From Deltaproteobacteria bacterium TL4 (GTDB taxonomy: Bacteria; SAR324; NAC60-12), in assembly GCA_051382335.1 (NCBI GenBank), contig JBBCAX010000250.1:27498-91497 (forward strand): a stretch of 64,000 nucleotides of DNA, written 5' to 3'. Each line of letters starts with the position of its first letter. Positions within the stretch are counted from its first letter, which is position 1. Made by a program: the position numbers and the translations under genes. Below are positions 27,683-36,833 of the stretch, piece after piece. Below the pieces are notes generated by a model. That model searched no databases. It was given only the letters and a program-made list of their open reading frames with translations, and was not told the origin of the DNA.

Positions 27683-28840
27683 ATGATCAAACAGCACCGA
27701 TTTAAAAACATCCCCCTCTTCACCTATGTAGGAACGCTTACGGTTTTTTCATTTTGTGTCCTCTATGTGGGAACTCACACCTATTTGATCAAGCTCTTGG
27801 GGATCACCTCTTTTCATCCCCTCTTTCTTTACTTGGGGGTTTTATTATTGGCCTTTAGCTATCCGTCATCCCAAGTCGTGAATCATCGTGAAATAGGGTC
27901 ACCGTTTATGCAATTAGCCTTAACACGGATTGGGCATCTATGGTTGGGAGTGCTTTGGGTTTTATTGATGTGTATTGTGTCCGTCCACTTATTAAACTCC
28001 TCGCTAAAATTTATGGGCTTTGGAGCTATTCCGACTTATACCTTATACAAAAGCATCTTGGTCCTGACGGTCATGATGACTGGTTTGGGAATGTATATGG
28101 CTTATAAACCTCCCAAAATTGTTAGATACTATGTTGACCGTAGAGAACGATATGACCAAAACCGCTCTCTCCGTGTGGTTCAATTGTCGGATCTCCATTT
28201 AGGGTATGATTTGGGTCGTCGGTTTTTGAGAAAAATCGTCAAACAGGTGAACCAACTGGAACCTGATTTAATTGTGCTGACGGGGGACATTATGGAATCG
28301 CCTCCGAGTTACTTCAGTAAATTTAGCAAAGACTTAAAACAATTTCAGTCTCGCTTGGGAACCTTTGCCATCACAGGAAACCATGATTTTTATAATGGAA
28401 TTGATGCCTTCCTGGAAATCATGAAAACCAGCAATATTCACGTCCTGGAAAATGAAAGTGTTGATTTAGAGGGAATTCAGCTCATGGGAATTCATGATCC
28501 TACCGCGAACAAAGCGAAATACACTGGATTTGAGTCCAATTTGGGAAAAGCGATGCAAGGATTTTCTTCAGAACGTCCTTCTATTTTATTAGCCCATCAA
28601 CCCCAAGATTATGAACCTGCGGTGGAGCAGGAAGTGGATATGATCTTGTGCGGTCATACGCATAAAGGACAAATTTTCCCTTTTCATGTCGTTGCGAAAA
28701 AGCTGTATGAATACATTTCAGGAAATCACATGTTAGGAAACAACACCAACTTGATTATTTCTCAGGGCACAGGATTTTGGGGACCGCCTTTACGACTTGG
28801 ATCGGACAGTCAAGTGGTTATGATTGATTTTCAGTATTAA
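27683..28840 (+). CDS. Membrane-anchored metallophosphoesterase (YkuE-like)
   Basis: N-terminal TM helices; DLH, TGD, GNHD, LAHQP, GHTHKGQ, GTGFWGPPLR. Confidence 0.92.
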   Translation: MIKQHRFKNIPLFTYVGTLTVFSFCVLYVGTHTYLIKLLGITSFHPLFLYLGVLLLAFSYPSSQVVNHREIGSPFMQLALTRIGHLWLGVLWVLLMCIVSVHLLNSSLKFMGFGAIPTYTLYKSILVLTVMMTGLGMYMAYKPPKIVRYYVDRRERYDQNRSLRVVQLSDLHLGYDLGRRFLRKIVKQVNQLEPDLIVLTGDIMESPPSYFSKFSKDLKQFQSRLGTFAITGNHDFYNGIDAFLEIMKTSNIHVLENESVDLEGIQLMGIHDPTANKAKYTGFESNLGKAMQGFSSERPSILLAHQPQDYEPAVEQEVDMILCGHTHKGQIFPFHVVAKKLYEYISGNHMLGNNTNLIISQGTGFWGPPLRLGSDSQVVMIDFQY

Positions 28841-29045
28841 CCCATGAATAAGCGCTGGAGTCTGAGGGCCTGATCTTGTTTCGTGAAGCTTCAAGAGACG
28901 TTGTTCGCATTGTTCCACCACTTTGTCCGGTGGAATGTCTCATTACAAATGTGACAATTTATTAATATTTTGTTATACAGTCATTATTCTGTTTGTTCAT
29001 TCGATCAAGCATCATCAATCCGTAATAACTCTCCAAGAGGCTCAA

Positions 29046-29390
29046 ATGCATTTTTCTATTAAAAAAGAAGGTCAGGTTCATATATTGACATTTAAGGGAG
29101 AATTTACAGCTTCGGTTGTTGGCGTAATGAAAGACGAAATAGATCTTATTTTAAATGACAGACCCTGTCCTTTAATTCTCAATTTTAAAAAAATAACGTT
29201 TATGGACTCTGCGGGGATAGGTCTCTTGGCCTATATCATCCAGCGTAATGTCAAATATAACGACCCCTTGGGGATCTGCGAGCTTGATGCAAGGAAAACG
29301 GATCTTCTGGACAAAACAGGATTGAATAAATGTATGCAGGTCTACGCCACTGAAGAAGAAGCGCTAGCCAAGATCTCCTCCTCCATTTAA
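29046..29390 (+). CDS. STAS domain anti-sigma factor antagonist
   Basis: LNFKKITFMDSAGIG with conserved phospho-Ser; ends YATEEEAL. Start ATG 29046 after AGAGG. Confidence 0.88.
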   Translation: MHFSIKKEGQVHILTFKGEFTASVVGVMKDEIDLILNDRPCPLILNFKKITFMDSAGIGLLAYIIQRNVKYNDPLGICELDARKTDLLDKTGLNKCMQVYATEEEALAKISSSI

Positions 29391-29650
29391 CTTCCTTTTT
29401 AAATTAGGTCAAAACCCTTCATCGGCAGGCCGTATTTTTACGATATTTCTCATTGAGAATGGTAGAGCATTATTCCTGGCTCAAGGATCACCTTATGGGG
29501 ATTGATGTTGAATTAGGCCGATTTTTAAAAGAACAAGGAGTTCGCTAGGGGGCCGATCCTGAGGGCTTCACTTTGGAGGCACCTTTCAAATTCCGATGGA
29601 CCTTTAACTCCTGAAAACACAAAGAAGATCATTCTGGAGTGTTAATATGA

Positions 29651-29685
29651 TTGACTGTTATCGGCAATCATGTAATATGCGGCTC
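29651..29685 (+). promoter_or_regulatory. Putative sigma70 promoter for deaD
   Basis: TTGACT-N16-TAATAT followed by GC-rich GCGGCTC, about 200 nt upstream of the start codon. Confidence 0.5.
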
Positions 29686-29882
29686 TTTTACTATCCATCT
29701 AGCCCAACTAGCCTCCATTATATTTGGTGACGTCGGGTTATGCCCTCGATGAATCCAAAATGTTCTATCCCATTGTTTGCAATGCGGGTTCCGCATTTTT
29801 TAACTCATCTCTATGCAACATTACAGGGAACATCACAATGCTTGACGTTTCTGATGTTTTTCTCATTGATCGGTCTTAATTT

Positions 29883-31559
29883 ATGTCGAATACCATGTCT
29901 TTTGCTCAATTAGCTCTCCCTACTCCCTTTTTAGATGTTTTGGTTGAATTAGGATATGTAAATCCTTCCCCCATTCAGGAAAAAGCCATTCCGTTTCTTA
30001 TGGAAGGCCAAGATTTGCTTGGTCAGGCACAAACCGGTACAGGAAAGACCGCAGCCTTTGCGCTTCCGTTACTTAGCAAAATTGAACTCCAAAAAAGATC
30101 ACCTCAGGTTTTAGTGTTGACCCCAACACGGGAATTGGCAATTCAGGTTTCAGAATCGTTCCAATCCTACGCAAAATATTTAAAAGGGTTTCGTGTCCTG
30201 CCCATTTATGGGGGTCAAAGTTATACCATTCAATTAAAGGGCTTAAAGAGTGGTGTGCATGTAGTGGTGGGAACCCCGGGTCGCCTTCTGGATCACTTGG
30301 AAAGAGGCAGCTTGAAATTCAACGATATCCGCACCGTTGTCCTCGACGAAGCTGACGAAATGCTCCGGATGGGATTTATTGAAGATGTGGAAAAAATTGT
30401 GGCTCAAGCCCCCAAAAACTGTCAAATGGCTATGTTTTCCGCAACCATGCCGGATCAAATCAGACGAATCACAAAACTTTATCTGAAAAATCCCAAAGAA
30501 ATCAAAATTGAGTCAAAAACAACAACCGTCGCCAATGTAAGGCAACGCTATGTGCTTCTCAGTAACGAACAAAAACTGGATACCTTGGCTCGTTTTCTGG
30601 AAGCTGAAGCACATGATGGAGTTTTGGTCTTTGTACGAACCAAGGCCTCCACAGTGGTGGTTGCCGAACAATTGGAGGCGAGAGGTTTTGCGGTTTCTCC
30701 TTTAAACGGAGACTTGAACCAAGCGCTGCGGGAAAGAACGATTAACCGGCTCAAAGAAAAAAAGGTGAATATTGTGGTGGCCACGGATGTCGCCGCACGA
30801 GGACTTGATGTTGAAAAATTGGGTCTGGTTGTCAATTACGACATTCCCCAAGATGCTGAATCTTACATTCATCGAATTGGACGTACAGGACGCGCCGGAT
30901 GTGACGGAAATACCATCCTTTTTGTGACCCACAAAGAAAAAAGATTACTTCGAATGATTGAAATTGGAACCAATCAAAAAATTGAACAAGCACAACTGCC
31001 AACAAGTCAGGACCTTGAGAAAAAACGGGCAAGTCTGTTCAAAGATCAAATCTTACAAACGTTTGCCAAACAACCGTTGCATTATTACAGTGGAGTTCTT
31101 GAGCAAGTCAAACAAGAATTGAATCTTTCCCTTGAAGAATTGGCTCCTGTACTCCTTTATCTCGCGCAGAAAGATCAACCGCTGCAAGTTAAGAAGAGTT
31201 CCTTCGAGCAAAAGCCCTTGAACTTTGAACCTGTAAAAACTGAAAGAACCAAGGAAAAATACAACAGTCGTCCTGCGCAAACAGAAAAGTTCTCCAAAGC
31301 TAAAAAACCGCGCCTTGCTGAGGTTGATTTTGATAACTATCGTTTGGAAGTCGGGAAACAACATCAAATCAGAGTCTCGGATATTGTTGGCGCGATTGCT
31401 AACGAAGTGGGTATTGACAGTAAATTTATTGGAAACATCAAACTTTATGATCAACACAGCACTGTAGAACTCCCTAAAGGGATGCCGAAAGAAATATATC
31501 AGCATCTAAAAAAAGTCTACATTCGCCAGAATAAAATGAGCATGAGTCTTCTGAGTTAA
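29883..31559 (+). CDS. deaD: DEAD-box RNA helicase DeaD/CsdA with C-terminal DbpA RNA-binding domain
   Basis: AQTGTGKT, PTRELA, TPGR, DEAD, SAT, ARGLD, HRIGRTGRAG; DIVGAIANEVGI...IGNI. Confidence 0.95.
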   Translation: MSNTMSFAQLALPTPFLDVLVELGYVNPSPIQEKAIPFLMEGQDLLGQAQTGTGKTAAFALPLLSKIELQKRSPQVLVLTPTRELAIQVSESFQSYAKYLKGFRVLPIYGGQSYTIQLKGLKSGVHVVVGTPGRLLDHLERGSLKFNDIRTVVLDEADEMLRMGFIEDVEKIVAQAPKNCQMAMFSATMPDQIRRITKLYLKNPKEIKIESKTTTVANVRQRYVLLSNEQKLDTLARFLEAEAHDGVLVFVRTKASTVVVAEQLEARGFAVSPLNGDLNQALRERTINRLKEKKVNIVVATDVAARGLDVEKLGLVVNYDIPQDAESYIHRIGRTGRAGCDGNTILFVTHKEKRLLRMIEIGTNQKIEQAQLPTSQDLEKKRASLFKDQILQTFAKQPLHYYSGVLEQVKQELNLSLEELAPVLLYLAQKDQPLQVKKSSFEQKPLNFEPVKTERTKEKYNSRPAQTEKFSKAKKPRLAEVDFDNYRLEVGKQHQIRVSDIVGAIANEVGIDSKFIGNIKLYDQHSTVELPKGMPKEIYQHLKKVYIRQNKMSMSLLS

Positions 31560-31693
31560 TCTCCCGAATATTCCTATCTGAAGGAATATTTGCCTTGTTT
31601 GGTTTTGGGTGTTTAGGTACGGTGTCCACTTTTTTACATAAGTCTATGGTGGAAACTTTGGAGAAAAAAACCTTTGCGACAGAACCCGAGTAA

Positions 31694-32515
31694 ATGAATA
31701 TGATCGAAGCGCTTCAATATGAATTCATACAAAACGCCCTTTACGCGGGAGTGCTGACTGCAATTCTGTGTGGCGTTGTCGGGACGCTGGTCGTGGTCAA
31801 ACGGATTGTGTTTATTGCGGGGGGGGTCGCTCATGCGTCCTATGGGGGAATTGGGACCGCTCTTTTTTTCGGTTGGCCGGTCTTGCCGTCAACCTTGGGG
31901 TTTGCTATATTCATTACGGCGCTCATGGCCTGGATTACTCAAACGCAAAAACATAGAACCGATGCCGTTATTGGTGTATTATGGGCTGGAGGCATGGCCT
32001 TGGGAATTATTTTGACCGATCTGACTCCAGGCTATCAGGGCGAACTGATTGGGTATTTGTTCGGCAGTTTATTAGCGGTCTCCTCGCTGGAAATCTACTT
32101 AATGCTGGGATTGGTATTAGGGGTTGCCATGATTGTGATTTATTTTTACAGAGATTTCCTTTCAATGGCTTACGATGAGGAATTTGCCAGAGTTCGGGGG
32201 GTCGCCGTTGATTTTCTCTATATTTTGATTCTGATTGTGATTGCCGTCTCCGTCGTGTTAGCCATTCGGGTGGTGGGGTTGATTTTAGTCATCGCTTTAT
32301 TCACCATTCCGCCTTTGATTGTTGAACGTTACGCGGCTTCGTTAAAAACGATGATCGCCTGGTCGGTAGTCATGAATATTGGATTTACCCTTCTCGGCTT
32401 AGCCTTATCTTATCAATATAACCTCTCTTCCGGGGCCTCGATCATTATGATTGCGGTGGGGTTCTATGGACTTTCTCTGGTGTTTTCATACCGTCAAACA
32501 GGAGAAAAATTCTAA
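31694..32515 (+). CDS. Metal (Zn/Mn) ABC transporter permease, ZnuB family
   Basis: GGVAHASYGG, YLFGSLL, YDEEFARVRGV, VVGLILVIALFTIP. Confidence 0.92.
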   Translation: MNMIEALQYEFIQNALYAGVLTAILCGVVGTLVVVKRIVFIAGGVAHASYGGIGTALFFGWPVLPSTLGFAIFITALMAWITQTQKHRTDAVIGVLWAGGMALGIILTDLTPGYQGELIGYLFGSLLAVSSLEIYLMLGLVLGVAMIVIYFYRDFLSMAYDEEFARVRGVAVDFLYILILIVIAVSVVLAIRVVGLILVIALFTIPPLIVERYAASLKTMIAWSVVMNIGFTLLGLALSYQYNLSSGASIIMIAVGFYGLSLVFSYRQTGEKF

Positions 32516-32516
32516 T

Positions 32517-33236
32517 ATGAACGGCACACAGACCTCAAAAATTGCTCAGTTGAATCAAGTTCAATTCAGTTGGGGCAAAGGAAAGCCGCTGGTTCTGGAT
32601 ATTGAAAAATTCGAAATCAACCAAGGCGAAAAAATATTTGTTCAAGGTCCAAGCGGAAGTGGTAAAACCACCCTGCTGGGATTATTAGGGGGGATTCTGT
32701 TACCTCAAAGCGGAGAGGTTCGGGTATTAAACCAGTCTCTCAATCAATTACGAAAAACACAACGAGATACCTTTCGTGTCACACACATTGGCTTTATTTT
32801 TCAACTGTTTAACTTACTCCCTTATTTATCTCTTGTTGAAAATGTCGCGCTTCCTTGTCATTTTTCCAGTATCCGTAGAAAAAAAGCCTTGGAACGTTCA
32901 AACAATCTGACCACAGAAGCGACACGTCTTTTAACCCATCTGGGATTAAATCAAGAAGCGATACTTTCCAACCCTGTGACCGAGCTCAGTGTCGGTCAAC
33001 AACAACGAGTCGCCGCCGCAAGAGCCTTAATTGGCGGACCTGAAATCGTGATTGCCGATGAGCCGACTTCGGCATTAGATATGGAAAGCCGTCAATCTTT
33101 TTTAGAATTGCTATTCAAAGAATGTGATTTATTCGGCGCGACTTTGATTTTTGTAAGTCATGACCCTGCTCTTGCTTCACTTTTTGACCGAACGGTTACG
33201 ATCAAGGATCTCAGTCGTGACCGGAATCACGGCTAA
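32517..33236 (+). CDS. ABC transporter ATP-binding protein (LolD/ZrgB-like)
   Basis: GPSGSGKTT, GFIFQLFNLLPYLS, LSVGQQQRVAAARAL, ADEPTSALD, VSHD. Confidence 0.93.
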   Translation: MNGTQTSKIAQLNQVQFSWGKGKPLVLDIEKFEINQGEKIFVQGPSGSGKTTLLGLLGGILLPQSGEVRVLNQSLNQLRKTQRDTFRVTHIGFIFQLFNLLPYLSLVENVALPCHFSSIRRKKALERSNNLTTEATRLLTHLGLNQEAILSNPVTELSVGQQQRVAAARALIGGPEIVIADEPTSALDMESRQSFLELLFKECDLFGATLIFVSHDPALASLFDRTVTIKDLSRDRNHG

Positions 33237-33268
33237 CACGACCACACCGTATTTCTTCGGAGTATTTC

Positions 33269-34531
33269 ATGTTCATTCTTACCTTGGCCTTGAAAAGCCT
33301 CTATAATCGTCGATTTACCGCGATCCTTACGGTGCTTGCCATCGCGCTGAGTGTCACGTTGCTCTTTGGAGTTGAACGTATTCGTAAGGGGGCGAAAAAC
33401 AGTTTTGAAAATACGCTTACGGGAACGGATCTGGTTGTGGGAGCACGGACAGGATCGGTTCCGTTACTCTTAAATTCTATTTTTCATATCGGGAATGCTA
33501 CAAACAATATCTCTTGGGAAACCTATCAACATTTTGCTCAAAATCCCGATGTCGCATGGACTATTCCTATTGCCTTAGGAGACTCCCATCAAGGCTACAG
33601 AGTGCTGGGAACAACCCTGGATTACTTCGAACATTATCAATATGGACCGTCCCTTCAGCTCGAATTTACAGAAGGTGCCGAGTTTCACGATGTTTATGAC
33701 GCAGTCTTGGGTTTTGAGATCGCCCTGAATCTCGGTTATCAATTAGGGCAGGAAATTGTCCTGAGTCATGGAATCGGAGAGGTGTCGTTCCTCAACCATG
33801 ACGATAAACCCTTTCGTATTGTCGGTATTTTGAAAAAGACAGGAACGCCGGTAGACCGTACATTGCACATCCCGTTAGAAGGCATTGAAGCCATGCACGT
33901 TGATTGGAAGAACGGAGCACCCCCCCTGCCGGGCAAAGAAGTCCAACGGGATGAAATCTATGGAATGGATTTAAAACCTGATGAAATCACTGCCTTTTTG
34001 GTGGGTTTAAAGTCAAAATATACCCTCTTCCAAATGCAACGAAATATGAATGAGTATGAAAAAGAACCCATTCTCGCTGTGTTACCAGGTGTCGCGCTTC
34101 AACAACTTTGGAGTTTAATTGGTGTGGCTGAAATCGCGTTAAGAACGATTTCCATCTTTGTCGTATTGATAGGATTATTAGGGATGCTCATCATGATCTT
34201 AACCAGCTTAAATGAACGTAGACGGGAAATGGCCATTCTACGCTCTGTGGGGGCCCATCCCTTCCATATATTTTTTCTATTGGTCAGTGAAGCCGGTCTG
34301 TTATCCATGCTGGGCGTCTTGGTGGGTTTCGTTTTTCTGTATCTGCTTCTTTTATTTGCCTTACCTTATGCGGAACACACCTATGGACTGTATATTCCGA
34401 TGGAAATGCTGTCTTTTTATGACATCATGGTAAGCGCCATCATCATAGGCTCAGGATTCATTATGGGCGGCGTTCCCGCATGGAGAGCCTACAGGAACTC
34501 GCTTGTGGATGGAATGACCATTCGGTTATAA
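33269..34531 (+). CDS. FtsX/MacB-type ABC permease (ZrgC-like)
   Basis: DLVVGARTG, IGNATNNISW, LGDSHQGYRVLGT, LNERRREMAILRSVGA, AYRNSLVDGMTIRL. Confidence 0.9.
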   Translation: MFILTLALKSLYNRRFTAILTVLAIALSVTLLFGVERIRKGAKNSFENTLTGTDLVVGARTGSVPLLLNSIFHIGNATNNISWETYQHFAQNPDVAWTIPIALGDSHQGYRVLGTTLDYFEHYQYGPSLQLEFTEGAEFHDVYDAVLGFEIALNLGYQLGQEIVLSHGIGEVSFLNHDDKPFRIVGILKKTGTPVDRTLHIPLEGIEAMHVDWKNGAPPLPGKEVQRDEIYGMDLKPDEITAFLVGLKSKYTLFQMQRNMNEYEKEPILAVLPGVALQQLWSLIGVAEIALRTISIFVVLIGLLGMLIMILTSLNERRREMAILRSVGAHPFHIFFLLVSEAGLLSMLGVLVGFVFLYLLLLFALPYAEHTYGLYIPMEMLSFYDIMVSAIIIGSGFIMGGVPAWRAYRNSLVDGMTIRL

Positions 34532-34606
34532 GGGGATCACTCCTGAATTTATCTCCATTAACGAATTTTCGGCAAAGGATCACCAGTTTTCAAACTACAA
34601 AAACCG

Positions 34607-34766
34607 GGGGTTGGTCACATATTCGGCCATGTGTCAAAAAACGGACTTTGATTTACCACCTGGTTTGGGTTTTGTTCCGTAGGGGCCGACCTGTGTGTCT
34701 GCCCGGGATCAGGGCGAACACACAGGTTCGCTCCTACAATTTGTGGCCGAAAATGTGACCAACCCC
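34607..34766. mobile_element. MITE with 23-bp TIRs enclosing a REP-like doublet
   Basis: GGGGTTGGTCACATATTCGGCCA / TGGCCGAAAATGTGACCAACCCC (one mismatch). Internal GTAGGGGCCGACCTGTGTGTCTGCCC...GGGCGAACACACAGGTTCGCTCCTAC. Second copy at 8153-8271. Confidence 0.88.
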
Positions 34767-34930
34767 GAAAGATGTCTATTAGGTATTATCAGGATTTTCC
34801 CCCAACACCTAAGACCTAAAAGCAAAAAACTTAAAATCCTCATTTGGAGATATAATCCTTCAGCCATTGTAAAATCTGACTTCGAAGGGTTTTCGTTCAG
34901 ACACTACCTCGTGAACTGAACGCAGCACTG

Positions 34931-35803
34931 ATGAGGAATGTACAAGGACACCTAAACCATGGGATCAATGTGAACTATTATATTTGGCTCTTCCTCCTTT
35001 TTAGCTTTTTTTTTCCACAACCAATCAAGGCAGAAAAGACGGATAGAATACGCGTACTCACACCGATGTGGACGCAGGGAACCGTCATTACTGAAGGCGC
35101 TCATGATTTTGATATGGTTTTGCAGCGTCCTATGAAAATTCCTTTTTTAGGGGAACTGCCTGTTGACGCAAAAATTACTGGAGAAGTTAAAGAAGAACTG
35201 AGAGAAGGTCCATCCACGGCAGGCATGATTTTACATTACTTGACTCATTTCGGGTTTGGCTTTGGGTATTCTACGATCACCACAAAAACCCGTCAAGCGA
35301 TTGTCGCAACCAAAGACATCACTGCCGAAGTGAGTATTAAAAATGAACCTTATACCCATTTTTCCTTCCCCAAGGGGACAACGATCGTATCCTATAAGCA
35401 AACCATCGAAATCGAATACATCGACCTCTTCTATACCTACGAACATAAATTGTCCTACTCCTTTGGGGTGGGTATTCCCTTCACCGTCAAGGCCAAAACA
35501 GAAATAGATTTGGTTGACCTCGACATCATTTCAGACGCCGCAGAATATGAAATCCGCGACCTTGCAAATCAATCCAAATTAAAATCACTCAGTAGTCAAT
35601 CGTTGTTCGTCATTGTAGGGTACACTTTTAAAGCCTTGGAAGCCATTGGCGGATTTCGGTACAATAACTTTGACGGACACATTGATACCAGTGCCGCACC
35701 CTCAGAATTAGGGGCGGCCTTAGGTAAAGGAAAAATCGAAAGAGGGGTCGCTACCTATCAGTTACTTCTGGGTTTCGGATACCGATTCAACAGTTGGTTT
35801 TAA
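34931..35803 (+). CDS. Hypothetical protein, probable outer-membrane beta-barrel
   Basis: Signal-like hydrophobic segment, alternating beta-strand patterns, C-terminal YQLLLGFGYRFNSWF. Confidence 0.6.
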   Translation: MRNVQGHLNHGINVNYYIWLFLLFSFFFPQPIKAEKTDRIRVLTPMWTQGTVITEGAHDFDMVLQRPMKIPFLGELPVDAKITGEVKEELREGPSTAGMILHYLTHFGFGFGYSTITTKTRQAIVATKDITAEVSIKNEPYTHFSFPKGTTIVSYKQTIEIEYIDLFYTYEHKLSYSFGVGIPFTVKAKTEIDLVDLDIISDAAEYEIRDLANQSKLKSLSSQSLFVIVGYTFKALEAIGGFRYNNFDGHIDTSAAPSELGAALGKGKIERGVATYQLLLGFGYRFNSWF

Positions 35804-35958
35804 CGGTTCTGTCGCAAAGTTTCTCTGGAATTCTGTAGTTTAAACTTTAAAAGACTTCTGCTAAAGTTCGGCGTGACTCGTAAACTAATTCGGAAGCATA
35901 ATGAAGTTAGAGAAAATGAGATTTTAAGAACAGCTCCACTGATTCCCTCAAATAGCTG

Positions 35959-36780
35959 TCAGTTTTGGAACTCAGGTTTACGGTTAGACATATTGGCCAA
36001 CATGGCTTCCTGCAAATCATCGGACAGGGCCATTGCCGCATTCCAGGTTGCGATATAATTCAGTCCATCTTCCACGCTATGATCACGAACATACAAAATC
36101 ATTTCCTTCGATCCTCTAAGGGCCAAGGGAGAGTTTTCAGCAATTTGTATCGCAATTTTTCTCACTTCCTGCCTTAAAGTTTCGTGATCCTTGAAGACTT
36201 GGTTGACCAACCCTATTTGTTTTGCTTCTTGGGCATAAAGAGTTCGTCCGGTATAGGCCAATTCCCGCATCATGCCGTCTGGTATCAAGCGTGGAAGACG
36301 TTGCAAGGTCCCGACATCAGCGGTAATCCCCAGCTTAATTTCTTTGATGCAAAAATTGGCATCTTCACTACAATACCTCATGTCACAGGCGGAAACCATA
36401 TCAATACCGCCTCCAATACAACCATTATGAATTGCCGCAAGTACAGGTTTTCGGCACTTTTCGATCACAGTGAAGGTGTCCTGTAAGTCTAAAACCAGCC
36501 GTCTTAAGTTCTCACGTTTTCTGCCATCACAAGTGCCTTTATCGATTTCCTGCCCCAGTCCCATCAGCATCTCCAAATCGATTCCGGCGGTAAAATGTTT
36601 TCCGGCACCACTGAGAATGACCACTCTTGCCTCATCATATGTGTCCACCCATTGGAAAACGGCTTTGAGTTCTTTCCACATAGGCCGGTTCATCGCATTT
36701 GCTTTGTCAGGTCGATGGAGCTCGATTTGAGCAACGTGATCTTCAATATGAACCTTGAGCGTTTCGTAAGTTGTTTCCAT
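35959..36780 (-). CDS. Crotonase family; delta3,5-delta2,4-dienoyl-CoA isomerase-like
   Basis: FTAGIDL, CIGGGIDMVSACDMRY, KEIKLGITADVGTLQRLP, WNAAM. Confidence 0.92.
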   Translation of the reverse strand: METTYETLKVHIEDHVAQIELHRPDKANAMNRPMWKELKAVFQWVDTYDEARVVILSGAGKHFTAGIDLEMLMGLGQEIDKGTCDGRKRENLRRLVLDLQDTFTVIEKCRKPVLAAIHNGCIGGGIDMVSACDMRYCSEDANFCIKEIKLGITADVGTLQRLPRLIPDGMMRELAYTGRTLYAQEAKQIGLVNQVFKDHETLRQEVRKIAIQIAENSPLALRGSKEMILYVRDHSVEDGLNYIATWNAAMALSDDLQEAMLANMSNRKPEFQN

Positions 36781-36833
36781 GACATTATCCTGATCCTGAA
36801 GATGAAATGCATTGCGACAAACAGTTTGGGTGT

